The notes under the pieces: generated by a model | Database searches by the model: none | Seen by the model: the letters and a program-made list of their open reading frames with translations, nothing else | Told to the model about the DNA's origin: nothing | Shown here: piece after piece, positions 9,085 through 18,127 of the stretch | Numbering within the stretch: the stretch's first letter is position 1 | Layout: the number at the start of each line of letters is the position of its first letter | Translations under genes and position numbers: made by a program | Source: Acidobacteria bacterium UBA2990 | GTDB taxonomy: Bacteria; Acidobacteriota; Vicinamibacteria; Vicinamibacterales; UBA8438 | Direction of reading: 5' to 3' | DNA: 64,000 bases | Assembly: GCA_002347025.1 (NCBI GenBank) | Contig: DEAE01000023.1 | Location: 174,254 to 238,253, forward strand

Positions 9085-10146
9085 ATGGGAGTCCAGGAAA
9101 CTATGGAAAAGTCAATGACTAGCCGTGAGCGCGTTTTGGCTGCGCTAAGCCGTGAGCCTGTTGATCGAACGCCCTGTTGTAATCCGACCTCCTTGGCTAC
9201 TGTCGAGTTGATGGACCTTGTGGATGCGAGGTTTCCCGATGCGAATCGTAAAGGGGAGCAAATGGCCCGCCTTGCTGCGACAGGTTATACGGAACTGGGT
9301 TTCGACTCTGTCATGCCGGTGTTTTCGATTATCCAGGAGTCATCGGCGCTGGGTTGCCTGATGCAATGGGAGGGTAAGGACAACTGGCCGACGGTCAAGA
9401 TGAGCCAGCCGATTTGGAGGGAGCCAGACGATATCAGTATTCCCTCGAATTTTTTGACCCACCCAGATACCCAATGTGTCCTGGAGGCGATCAGGATACT
9501 GAAGAAGGAATTTGGAGAAGAGGTGGCGGTCATCGGTAAAACGATGGGACCGTGGTCGCTGGGATACCACTGCTTCGGGGTTGAGCGTTTCCTGCTGATG
9601 TCCCATGACGATCCCGGTAAGACGATGGTCTGCCTCGACAAGATGAAAGAATCGACAATTCTATTCGGTCAGGCTCAGATTGAAGCGGGGGCAGATGCTT
9701 TGACGCTACCAGATCATGCGACAGGAGATTTGGTGAGTGGTGAGTACTATGAGCGGTTTCTGCGGGAAATGCACACCGAATTTGCCGCAATGCTTGCGGT
9801 TCCGCTCATTCTCCATATTTGTGGCAGAACCGTAGATCGAATGGATGGAATTGCAAGGACAGGAATGGCGGCGTTTCATTTCGACTCTAAGAACCGGCCC
9901 CAAGAGTCGATGGAAGTGGTGGATTCGAGAATTGCTCTCGTGGGGAACATCAATAATCCAGAAACTCTGTTTGCTCGGAGTCCTGAAGAAGTCCGTGTTG
10001 AGGTGCGAGAAAACCTGGACGCAGGTGTCCAGCTGATTGCCCCGGAATGTGCGATTCCTTTGCAGACCTCTATCGAGAATTTGAAGGCGATTCCTGAGTC
10101 AGTCCGTGAATGGCATCGAGAGAAAGCAGTTTCTGTCGGATCATGA
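9085..10146 (+). CDS. URO-D superfamily corrinoid methyltransferase (MtaA/MtbA/CmuA-like)
   Basis: ORF track gives 9043..10146. The start is probably among ATG 9085, 9103 and 9115. MtaA-like N-terminus (SRERVLAALSREPVDRTP). It lacks the HemE MRQAGR block. Zinc-ligand pattern HxC (ILHICG) plus a downstream Cys (APECAIP). Confidence 0.75.
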   Translation: MGVQETMEKSMTSRERVLAALSREPVDRTPCCNPTSLATVELMDLVDARFPDANRKGEQMARLAATGYTELGFDSVMPVFSIIQESSALGCLMQWEGKDNWPTVKMSQPIWREPDDISIPSNFLTHPDTQCVLEAIRILKKEFGEEVAVIGKTMGPWSLGYHCFGVERFLLMSHDDPGKTMVCLDKMKESTILFGQAQIEAGADALTLPDHATGDLVSGEYYERFLREMHTEFAAMLAVPLILHICGRTVDRMDGIARTGMAAFHFDSKNRPQESMEVVDSRIALVGNINNPETLFARSPEEVRVEVRENLDAGVQLIAPECAIPLQTSIENLKAIPESVREWHREKAVSVGS

Positions 10147-11021
10147 GTAAGTTCCTCGATCGTGTTAAAGGCGGAGAACTCTTGGTTTCGGATGGAGCCA
10201 CAGGTACCTATCTGCAAGAACATGGGCTGCCTCCAGGGGGGTGTCCTGAGGAGTTTAATTGGAGCCACCCGAATGTTGTTCAAGGGATGGCCGCCGAGTA
10301 TTTTGCGGCCGGGTCTGATTTAGTGCTCACCAATTCATTTGGTGGAAGCCGCTATCGACTAAAAGAATACGGCTTAGGCGACAGGGTGGTTGAGTTGAAC
10401 CGGCTGGCTGCAGACCATGCTCGAACTGTGGCGCCCGTTGAGGGCTTTGTGCTTGGTTCGATTGGTCCGACCGGCGTTTTGCTGGAGCCAAATGGACCAG
10501 CTACCGAAGAGGAGATGTTTAGTGCATTTTGTGAACAGGTGAAGGGATTGAGCGAGGGAGGAGTGGATGGATTTTGCATCGAAACGATGTTTGATCTGGC
10601 CGAGATGAATCTTGCTATTAGGGCGGTCAAAGACCGGACTTCTCTGCCAGTTGTAGCGACTATGGTCTTCGATAAGGGTCCTAAAGGTTACTTCACGATG
10701 ATGGGGCTTCGGCCGGGTCGGGTGGCTGAGGAACTAGCCGGGGTAGGTGCAGATGTTATTGGTTCAAACTGCGGCTTAGCGATTGGACACATGGTAGAGA
10801 TTGTGACCGCGATGCGAGCGGCGAGCGTGCTGCCGATTCTCACCCATGTGAACGCTGGTATTCCAGAGATCAAAAAAACGGCTATTGTGTACCCAGATAG
10901 TCCTGAATTCATGGCTGAAGAGATGGTGAATATCATTGAAGCAGGTGCCAACATTGTCGGTGGTTGCTGTGGAACCTCGCCTGAATATATTCGGGCGTTT
11001 GCAAGGCGTTACAAATCCTGA
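10143..11021 (+). CDS. Homocysteine S-methyltransferase domain protein (MetH Hcy-module / BHMT / MmuM-like)
   Basis: ORF track gives 10110..11021. ATG 10143 overlaps the upstream stop (ATGA 10143-10146). Blocks LVSDGATGT and LTNSFGG. Zinc cysteines GSNCG and GGCCGTSPEYI. Confidence 0.8.
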   Translation: MSKFLDRVKGGELLVSDGATGTYLQEHGLPPGGCPEEFNWSHPNVVQGMAAEYFAAGSDLVLTNSFGGSRYRLKEYGLGDRVVELNRLAADHARTVAPVEGFVLGSIGPTGVLLEPNGPATEEEMFSAFCEQVKGLSEGGVDGFCIETMFDLAEMNLAIRAVKDRTSLPVVATMVFDKGPKGYFTMMGLRPGRVAEELAGVGADVIGSNCGLAIGHMVEIVTAMRAASVLPILTHVNAGIPEIKKTAIVYPDSPEFMAEEMVNIIEAGANIVGGCCGTSPEYIRAFARRYKS

Positions 11022-11035
11022 GGATTCGGTGCCCT

Positions 11036-11797
11036 ATGGCAGAGTTAGTTGACCTTCAGAATAAGTTCCTCCGGGATGAGCTCGGGGAATACGTTGAAGA
11101 AGAGGCCGAGCGCCAGAGGATGGTCGATCTCTATGCGGAGACAAAGCTTTCAATGCAGAACATTGCCGCAGCGATTATCGACGGTCGCCATCATGATGTG
11201 GATCGCCTCACCCGCGAGGCGATCGACGATGACGTCCAAGCTCTTGAGGTGATGGATGACGGTCTGATCGCAGGTATGGCCCTAGTGGGAATAAAATTCA
11301 GGGACAATTTCATCTTTGTGCCAGAAGTGCTTGCATGTGCGCGGGCGATGAAGGCGGGAATGGCGCACATCGAGCCCATTTTGTCTGCGTCTGGGATTGA
11401 TCCCATTGGCAAGGTCATTATGGGTACGGTGAAGGGGGACCTTCACGATATTGGTAAGAACTTGTGCATCATGATGTTACGAGGAGCCGGCTTTAAAGTT
11501 GTCGACCTGGGTGTCGACACCTCTCCAGATGACTTTCTCGAAGCTGTTGAAGAGCACGGCGCGAATCTTGTGGGTATGTCGGCATTGCTCACAACCACTA
11601 TGCCTAATATGGGGCGAACTATCGAGGCCTTCATTGACGCAGACCTCAGAGATGATGTGAAGGTTATGGTGGGAGGAGCTCCGGTTACCCCTGAGTTCGC
11701 TGACGATATGGGGGCCGACGCCTACGGCGCCGATGCGGTGGAGTGTGTAGAAATAGCTAAACGACTGACTGAGGAGAGTGCCTCGGCACACCAGTGA
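11036..11797 (+). CDS. Corrinoid (cobalamin-binding) methyl-carrier protein
   Basis: 253-aa ORF. A helical cap region is followed by a Rossmann domain with DxHxxG (GDLHDIGKN), SALLTTT and MVGGAP blocks, as in MtaC/MtbC and the MetH B12 domain. Confidence 0.85.
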   Translation: MAELVDLQNKFLRDELGEYVEEEAERQRMVDLYAETKLSMQNIAAAIIDGRHHDVDRLTREAIDDDVQALEVMDDGLIAGMALVGIKFRDNFIFVPEVLACARAMKAGMAHIEPILSASGIDPIGKVIMGTVKGDLHDIGKNLCIMMLRGAGFKVVDLGVDTSPDDFLEAVEEHGANLVGMSALLTTTMPNMGRTIEAFIDADLRDDVKVMVGGAPVTPEFADDMGADAYGADAVECVEIAKRLTEESASAHQ

Positions 11798-13737
11798 GTG
11801 ACAGAAAAGCTAGCGGTGATCGTAATTTCATAGACCGGGCAGGCTACGAGAAGAGTCTCCGCCGACTCGGTGACATATTCCAGGGGATTACGAGACACGC
11901 CAAAAAACAGGCCCTACAACGCTGCCCTTATAAAGATAGACACGACTGCTGCACAGCGCAATTTGCTTGCGCTTATAAGCGCGTGGCATCTGTAGTATCA
12001 GACCTTCCGAATTGTGTTAGCGATGACCAACTCGATTATCGGACGGCGTGGGAGACTGATGTGGGTGATGTTCAAGCGATGAAAGGCAAGTTCCTCTCAT
12101 CATCGGGTCAACCTGGCAATGTGGAGTTCAATGGTCGATTGTGTGCTTTGAGAGTTGGGAAGACGATTTTCGATCACGCAGACGAGTTGAGGGTCAAAGT
12201 GCCGACCTCCTGCGGACGTGTGGGTACCTGTCACGAATGTGTTGTCCAGATTAGAAAAGGGGACGAGGCATTGAGGGCTAGGTCTGATGCTGAAGCATTC
12301 CTTCAGGGTGATTATCGTCTGGCCTGTCAAGCTGTGGTTGAGCAGGAAAATCAGGAGATAGCCTTTGATCTGTTGCGTCGTGAACCTAAGATTCTGCTCT
12401 CTCAAGAGTCACGGGCCGTAGATGTGGACCCAATGGTGCACCGGCAAGGTGACAAGGTTTATTACGGTAGCGAGGAGCTTGACCGCTATCGCGGCCACCT
12501 GTACGGCGTCGCTCTGGATCTCGGTACCACAACCGTGGTGCTTGAATTGGTGAACCTGGAGACCGGTCAATCAGTTCACGTCGAATCGTTCGAGAACCCC
12601 CAGCGGTTCGGTGGTAGTGACATTATGACCCGCATAAGTTACGACGGTGGTGAGCACAAAGGGGAACTGCACACGGCCATCGTTAATACGTTCAACACGG
12701 TTGTAAGGGAGTTCTGCGCGAAGCTGGGAGTGAGCCGTCACGAGATCTACGAGATTCTCGTGGTAGGGAATACGACTATGCGCGATCTTTTTTTCGGACT
12801 GGATGTTCAGTCGATTGGTCAAAAGCCATACAGGTCAAATGTGGAGGAGGAACACCTCCGTGGTGTCAGAAAGTCCACGGGTCTTCGAGAGTCAGCCAGA
12901 CAACTGAAATTAATGGCAAACAGGAATGCTGTTGTCTGTGGAGTGCCTCTCATAGGAAGCCACGTGGGTGGGGATATCGTAGCGGACCTCGTAGCAATTG
13001 ATATGGTGAGCCGACGAGAACCCGTCATGCTTGTCGATGTGGGTACGAACACCGAGGTGGTGCTTGGCTATGCTGGCCGTCTTATGGCGGCCTCGTGTCC
13101 AGCAGGTCCAGCGTTTGAGGGTGGTTTGGTACGTTTTGGAATGCCAGGTTGTGAAGGTGCTGTCGAATCAGTCCGATACAGGGATGGCAAGTTTTGCTGC
13201 GAGACTATAGGTGAAGGTGAACCCGAAGGGATCTGTGGGTCGGGTTTCATTGATCTCCTTGCTGAACTACGCCGTGCGAATTTAATGACGCCAAAAGGGG
13301 TGTTCCCGGATAAAGCAGTGGAAGTTCAAGTGGTTCAGGAACGCGGAATCACTTTGTCACGACAAGACGTCAGTGAACTGGCTCAGGCGAAGGCCGCTAG
13401 TTTCTGTGGTCAGGCGATTTTGATGCGCCAGTTCGGTGTGAGCCCGGACGAAATCAGCCAGATGTTTCTGTCTGGAGGGTTCGTAAATTATGTTGAGGTC
13501 GCCTCCGCTGTTGACATTGGCTTCCTGGCACCGGTAAACGAGGATCGCGTGATCAAAGTTGGTAATGCGGCCGCTCAGGGGGCCCGTGAAATGTTGCTTT
13601 CAAGAAAAAAACGTTCCGAGATAGCTGAACTGATCTCGAGGGTAGAGCATGTGGAACTCGAAACTACCGAGGATTTTTTTGAGATGTTTGTGGAAGGCTG
13701 TCAATTTAAACCGATGAACTGCCAGTCTTTGTGGTGA
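11794..13737 (+). CDS. Reductive activase of corrinoid proteins (RACo/RamA-like: [2Fe-2S] ferredoxin + ASKHA/DUF4445 ATPase)
   Basis: 647-aa ORF. GTG 11794 overlaps the upstream stop (GTGA). Ferredoxin module SCGRVGTCHEC...LACQ. ASKHA-type blocks ALDLGTTTV, VDVGTNTE and GICGSG. About 95 extra Cys-rich N-terminal residues. An alternative start is ATG 12079. Confidence 0.75.
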   Translation: MSDRKASGDRNFIDRAGYEKSLRRLGDIFQGITRHAKKQALQRCPYKDRHDCCTAQFACAYKRVASVVSDLPNCVSDDQLDYRTAWETDVGDVQAMKGKFLSSSGQPGNVEFNGRLCALRVGKTIFDHADELRVKVPTSCGRVGTCHECVVQIRKGDEALRARSDAEAFLQGDYRLACQAVVEQENQEIAFDLLRREPKILLSQESRAVDVDPMVHRQGDKVYYGSEELDRYRGHLYGVALDLGTTTVVLELVNLETGQSVHVESFENPQRFGGSDIMTRISYDGGEHKGELHTAIVNTFNTVVREFCAKLGVSRHEIYEILVVGNTTMRDLFFGLDVQSIGQKPYRSNVEEEHLRGVRKSTGLRESARQLKLMANRNAVVCGVPLIGSHVGGDIVADLVAIDMVSRREPVMLVDVGTNTEVVLGYAGRLMAASCPAGPAFEGGLVRFGMPGCEGAVESVRYRDGKFCCETIGEGEPEGICGSGFIDLLAELRRANLMTPKGVFPDKAVEVQVVQERGITLSRQDVSELAQAKAASFCGQAILMRQFGVSPDEISQMFLSGGFVNYVEVASAVDIGFLAPVNEDRVIKVGNAAAQGAREMLLSRKKRSEIAELISRVEHVELETTEDFFEMFVEGCQFKPMNCQSLW

Positions 13738-13760
13738 CCCCAACGGTAGTCGCCAGTCTT

Positions 13761-14546
13761 CTAGCCCTGGAAATGTGGCTGACGCTTTTCCAGAAAGGCG
13801 GCAATGCCTTCCTGGCCGTCAGAGTCGGCCGCTATCTCGGCAATGGCGGATGCTTCGAGTGCCATCTGACTTTCAAGGGTTTCGTGTGAACTCGCGAGAA
13901 GCAGCCGTTTTGTAGCGGCATAAGCGTTGGTCGGTCCAGCCCCGAGCTTTGCCGCAAGGTTTAGTGATTCGGTAATGAGGTCGTCGTCATGGATTACACG
14001 GTTCACCAGACCTAACTGGTGCGCTTCTTCGGCAGTCAATACAGGATTAAGGAGCATCATCTCGAGTGCTTTGCGCCTCCCCAGTAGTCTGGGAAGAAAG
14101 TAAGTCGAACTTCCATCTGGCACCAAACCGGCTTTGGTGTAGGCCAGGGTGAATTTAGCCGACTTGGCGGCTAACACTAGGTCGCAAGCGCAGGCGAGAG
14201 AAAATCCGGCTCCGGCTGCTGCTCCCTGTACCGATGCAATCACAGGTGCACGCATGTGGGCGAGGTGTGAAATCGCCGCGTGGAGGGTGGCCGTCAATTC
14301 TTTCAATACAGCTGGCAGGGTTTCTCCGGCCTTCGCGAAGTGGCCGAGGTCGCCACCAGCGCTGAATAGCCGGCCTTCCGCATCGAGTAGAACGGCTCTC
14401 ACGCTGCTATCGACGTCGCAGGTGATGATGGTCTTAAGTAGCTCTTGAGCCATGGTGAGGTTAATGGCGTTAGCATCGTCTGGACGGCTGAGGGTAATCC
14501 GAGCAACGCCGTCATTGAGCCGAAACTTGAGAGTATTGAGGTTCAT
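13761..14546 (-). CDS. Enoyl-CoA hydratase/isomerase (crotonase) family protein
   Basis: ORF track gives 13761..14678. ATG 14546 (MNLNTLKF) is preferred because the upstream gene ends at 14594. Blocks FSAGGDL, GAAAGAGFSLACACD and EGIAAFLEKR. Confidence 0.85.
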   Translation of the reverse strand: MNLNTLKFRLNDGVARITLSRPDDANAINLTMAQELLKTIITCDVDSSVRAVLLDAEGRLFSAGGDLGHFAKAGETLPAVLKELTATLHAAISHLAHMRAPVIASVQGAAAGAGFSLACACDLVLAAKSAKFTLAYTKAGLVPDGSSTYFLPRLLGRRKALEMMLLNPVLTAEEAHQLGLVNRVIHDDDLITESLNLAAKLGAGPTNAYAATKRLLLASSHETLESQMALEASAIAEIAADSDGQEGIAAFLEKRQPHFQG

Positions 14547-14593
14547 AGCCGATCCTAGCAGGGATGTGAGAAGTTCGTTGCCAGACCCAGGCG

Positions 14594-15952
14594 TTACTGT
14601 TGGGCAATTCGGTAGAGCGTGGAAACAGTGCGGACAATCAGGCTCCCGTGTGCGATAGCTGGAGTTGCGAGGGTCCACTCGTTTAGAGAGTTCGTGCCGA
14701 GAAGCTCGAATTCTGGACCGGCTTTAACAACATACGTATCGCCATCTTCACTGATGTTAAAGATCTTGCCATTGTAGGCCCATGGTGATGCAGTGAATAG
14801 CGAACCTCCTGGGGATACGCGAACTCGAGAGTAGACCTCTTCACCGCTATGAGCGTCATGGCAGATCAAAATACCCCTATCCAACCAGGTGTAGTGGTAG
14901 TTCCCGTAGACCAAGGCTGAGGGGTTGTAAGAACCAAGTTGTGGATGAGACCAGACGACGAAGTCGTTGCTGGTGGTTCCTGGCGATAAGGTGATGTCTC
15001 CACCCGCACCAGGGCGGATGGCGTAAACGGGCCGATTCGAGTCGGCAGTGTAACCGGAATTTATATAGAGCAGACCATGTTGCGCGAATGGGGTCGCCAC
15101 ATGGATGGACGACATGCCATCAAGCCCCCATAGGGACCGACCGTTAAGGTCGTAGGCTCTAACTCCCCCTCTCCCAGTCGTGACCACTTCAGTGCGAAGC
15201 TCATTTTGCCAAATGAATGGTGTAGACCAGTTTGAAGCCTCGTCCCGTTCCACTCGCCAGAGTTCCCTTCCGGTTTTGGTATCGTGGGCAGCTAAGAAGG
15301 ATTGTTCAAGGTTGTCATTAACAAGAAATAACTGGTTTTCGTAGATGGCCGGGGAGGACGCTGTGCCCCAGTCTTCTCGCATGGGATAGAGCTCGACGGG
15401 TTGCTCCCAGAGCTGAGAGCCTTCGAAATTAAAGGCGTAGAGACCCGCGTAGCCGAGGTAGACGTAGACGTTTTCACCATCGGTTACCGGGGTTTCAGAT
15501 GCGTAACTGTTTTTTTCGTGTTTTGAACCAGGCATGGCAGTGTGCAGGGTGCGTTGCCAGCGAATTTGTCCTGTGGAAAAGTCGATATCGTAGAGAACCC
15601 AACGAAGGGGCGACGACGGGGTCTCGAGGTTGGACCCTGTCATGGGGCCGTCAAACGACCTCGATTGATACTGATCCAGAGGCTTGAGTGGTGTTTCGAC
15701 TCCACTTGTATTGATTGCTGATGTAACGAAGATGTGGTCGCCTGAGACGATTGGGGAGCTCCAGGAACGACCAGGTATATTGAGTTGCCACACTATGTTA
15801 TCTGTTGGTCCCCAGCGATCGGGTAGGGTGGAGTGGTCTGCGGCAGTGCCGCCCTCTAGACCGCGGAATTGAGGCCACTCGGTTTGGGCATGGAGACTGT
15901 CAATCGTTGCCCATATGACGACGACCGAAAGCACGACTCGATGAAATTGCAT
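14594..15952 (-). CDS. PQQ-like/BamB-like beta-propeller repeat protein, exported
   Basis: ORF track gives 14594..15982. ATG 15952 is preceded by AGGAG. Signal peptide, then the WPQFRG start typical of this repeat family, then repeated propeller blades. It lacks the quinoprotein-dehydrogenase VHHxxWDYD block. Confidence 0.65.
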   Translation of the reverse strand: MQFHRVVLSVVVIWATIDSLHAQTEWPQFRGLEGGTAADHSTLPDRWGPTDNIVWQLNIPGRSWSSPIVSGDHIFVTSAINTSGVETPLKPLDQYQSRSFDGPMTGSNLETPSSPLRWVLYDIDFSTGQIRWQRTLHTAMPGSKHEKNSYASETPVTDGENVYVYLGYAGLYAFNFEGSQLWEQPVELYPMREDWGTASSPAIYENQLFLVNDNLEQSFLAAHDTKTGRELWRVERDEASNWSTPFIWQNELRTEVVTTGRGGVRAYDLNGRSLWGLDGMSSIHVATPFAQHGLLYINSGYTADSNRPVYAIRPGAGGDITLSPGTTSNDFVVWSHPQLGSYNPSALVYGNYHYTWLDRGILICHDAHSGEEVYSRVRVSPGGSLFTASPWAYNGKIFNISEDGDTYVVKAGPEFELLGTNSLNEWTLATPAIAHGSLIVRTVSTLYRIAQQ

Positions 15953-16019
15953 CAATTTCTCCTGGTTGATGGCCGCTTCCATCAGGATATATTACGCTGT
16001 CGAAGGAGTGTGAGAAGAG

Positions 16020-16790
16020 ATGACCCATTGGATTAGATTTGAACAGGATGGACAAACTGGATTTGGGGTTCTGACTAACCAGACGATTGCAGTCTACACG
16101 GGAGATATGTTTGGTGCCTCGACGCCCACCGGAGACACCCTTGACCTCGGAGGTGTGACCCTGTTGCCTCCAACAGTCGCCAGCAAGATGGTGGCGTTGT
16201 GGAACAATTCCCGCGCGATGGCGGCCAAGATGGATCAAGTGGAGCCGTCGGAACCCCTGTATTTCATCAAGGCGAATGGTTCATACCTTGGTTCAGGAGG
16301 GGTGATCCGAAAGCCCCACAATTACGACGGCAAAGTGGTGTTTGAGGGCGAGCTCGGTATCGTAATTGGTAAGCAGTGTCGGGCCGTTAGTGAGTCTGAG
16401 AGCGGTACGTACATTTTTGGCTACACGTGTGTCAATGACGTCACGGCTGTTGGTATCCTCGGGAAAGATCCATCATTCAAGCAATGGACCCGGGCAAAAA
16501 GCTTCGATACTTTTGGTGTTGTCGGCCCGGTCGTAGTCACAGGCCTCGACCCGACGAACTTGGTTGTCCGGACGGTCCTAAACGGACAGGAACGTCAGAA
16601 CTATCCAACTAGCGATTTGTTTTTCCAACCGGCAACGATCGTGAGTCTAATCTCCCAGGATATGACTTTGTTTCCAGGCGATGTTATCTGCTGTGGTACA
16701 TCAGTAGGTGTTGGATCAATGAAACCAGGTAGCAGCGTCGAAATCATCATAGACAATATCGGAACGCTGCGTAACCAATATCAAGACTAG
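16020..16790 (+). CDS. Fumarylacetoacetate hydrolase (FAH) family protein
   Basis: 256-aa ORF. Blocks YFIKA, FEGELGIVIG, CVNDVTA and LFPGDVI of the FAH / 2-keto-4-pentenoate hydratase fold. Confidence 0.85.
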   Translation: MTHWIRFEQDGQTGFGVLTNQTIAVYTGDMFGASTPTGDTLDLGGVTLLPPTVASKMVALWNNSRAMAAKMDQVEPSEPLYFIKANGSYLGSGGVIRKPHNYDGKVVFEGELGIVIGKQCRAVSESESGTYIFGYTCVNDVTAVGILGKDPSFKQWTRAKSFDTFGVVGPVVVTGLDPTNLVVRTVLNGQERQNYPTSDLFFQPATIVSLISQDMTLFPGDVICCGTSVGVGSMKPGSSVEIIIDNIGTLRNQYQD

Positions 16791-18029
16791 GTGGAGTCCA
16801 GCATGAAGCCCATTCGGGAAATATCGATTGGTAGAAAGATACTGCGGTTTGCTTGTTTCTTAATGATGGCGGTACTGCTAGACGGACACCGAGAGAGCCC
16901 AGTGAAAGCCATGTCTGCACAGGCAGTCGATGAGGTCCCTCAGTTCGAATACGACCCAAGTTGGCCGGCTCGACCGTTGCCGAACAATTGGATATTGGGT
17001 GAGGTCGGGGGTATTAGTGTGGACGCCCAAGGGCATATTTGGGCTATTCATCGCCCATGGACTGTTACAGGTCGAGAGCTGGGTGCTGTTGAAGGGGGGG
17101 CAGCCTGTTGTCGACCGGCTCCCTCAATTATTGAGTTTGATCAAGCCGGAGATGTAGTGCAGGCGTGGCCTGAATTGCAGCAGTTTGAGGCGGCCCCAGG
17201 AACCCCAGCGGGACAGGGTAATCGAGTGGGCCCAAATGGGGCGATGCTGTGGGAGTCTCAGCCTGGGGTTTATGGAGAATGGGGTCGGAGGGAACATACC
17301 GTGTATGTCGACCATACCGATCACGTGTGGGTGAGCAATGATGAGTCACAGGTGTTGTATAAATTCACCCGCGCGGGAAGGCATGTTTTAACCATTGGAG
17401 AGCGAGGGGTTACTGGTGGTAGTAATGACCCTGAGCATCTAGGTCGTCCGGCTGGATTGGTGCTAGACCCAGAAACGAACGAGCTGTTTGTTGCCGACGG
17501 ATATACCAACAAACGAGTGATCGTGTTTGACGCAAACACCGGTGAGTATCGGAGGCATTGGGGAGCCTACGGAAACCGGCCAAGGGATGCTGATTTGGGT
17601 CGTTACGATCCGAACGCAACCCCGTCGAGTCAGTTTAGGGGGCCGGTTCATGGGATTGCGCTATCTCACGATGGCTTCCTGTATGTGACAGATCGTTCGG
17701 CTAATAGAGTGCAGGTGTTTCTTCGGGATGGGGCATTCGTGCAGGAAGGTTTTATCGCGACTGGAACCAGAGATTTGGGTACCGCTTATGGGGTGGCCTT
17801 ATCGCACGATGTTGAACAGCGTTGGGTTTACATTAATGACGGCTCCAACAACACAATTTGGATTCTCCGACGTGACACTCTTGAGACGGTCGGGCAGTTT
17901 GGTTCTTATGGTCGGCAAGGGGGACAGTTGCTATCAGCCCATAGTATGGCGGTTGACCAGCTGGGAAACATTTATGTGGGCGAAACCCGTGGGCGACGAG
18001 TACAACGCTTCCGGCTCGTCAATCCTTGA
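16791..18029 (+). CDS. NHL-repeat six-bladed propeller protein (peptidyl-alpha-hydroxyglycine lyase-like), exported
   Basis: 412-aa ORF. GTG 16791 abuts the FAH stop (TAG GTG); the alternative is ATG 16803. Hydrophobic signal or anchor (ILRFACFLMMAVLL). NHL blades LFVADGYTNKRVIVFD, LYVTDRSANRVQVF and IYVGETRGRRVQRF. Confidence 0.7.
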   Translation: MESSMKPIREISIGRKILRFACFLMMAVLLDGHRESPVKAMSAQAVDEVPQFEYDPSWPARPLPNNWILGEVGGISVDAQGHIWAIHRPWTVTGRELGAVEGGAACCRPAPSIIEFDQAGDVVQAWPELQQFEAAPGTPAGQGNRVGPNGAMLWESQPGVYGEWGRREHTVYVDHTDHVWVSNDESQVLYKFTRAGRHVLTIGERGVTGGSNDPEHLGRPAGLVLDPETNELFVADGYTNKRVIVFDANTGEYRRHWGAYGNRPRDADLGRYDPNATPSSQFRGPVHGIALSHDGFLYVTDRSANRVQVFLRDGAFVQEGFIATGTRDLGTAYGVALSHDVEQRWVYINDGSNNTIWILRRDTLETVGQFGSYGRQGGQLLSAHSMAVDQLGNIYVGETRGRRVQRFRLVNP

Positions 18030-18127
18030 TCAACCGTGTGGCGATATCTCGTTCGACCACGAGTGATCATTGAGGCTGAGGGGTTTTATGAAGCTTGCCC
18101 TAGTGCTTTTCGATGATCGGAGTGTTC

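Noticed and set aside
9085-10146. Possibility that the URO-D-family gene is the haem-biosynthesis uroporphyrinogen decarboxylase HemE
   Set aside because: It lacks the HemE N-terminal W.MRQAGR block. It has the MtaA-type HxC...C zinc pattern and sits in a corrinoid-protein operon.
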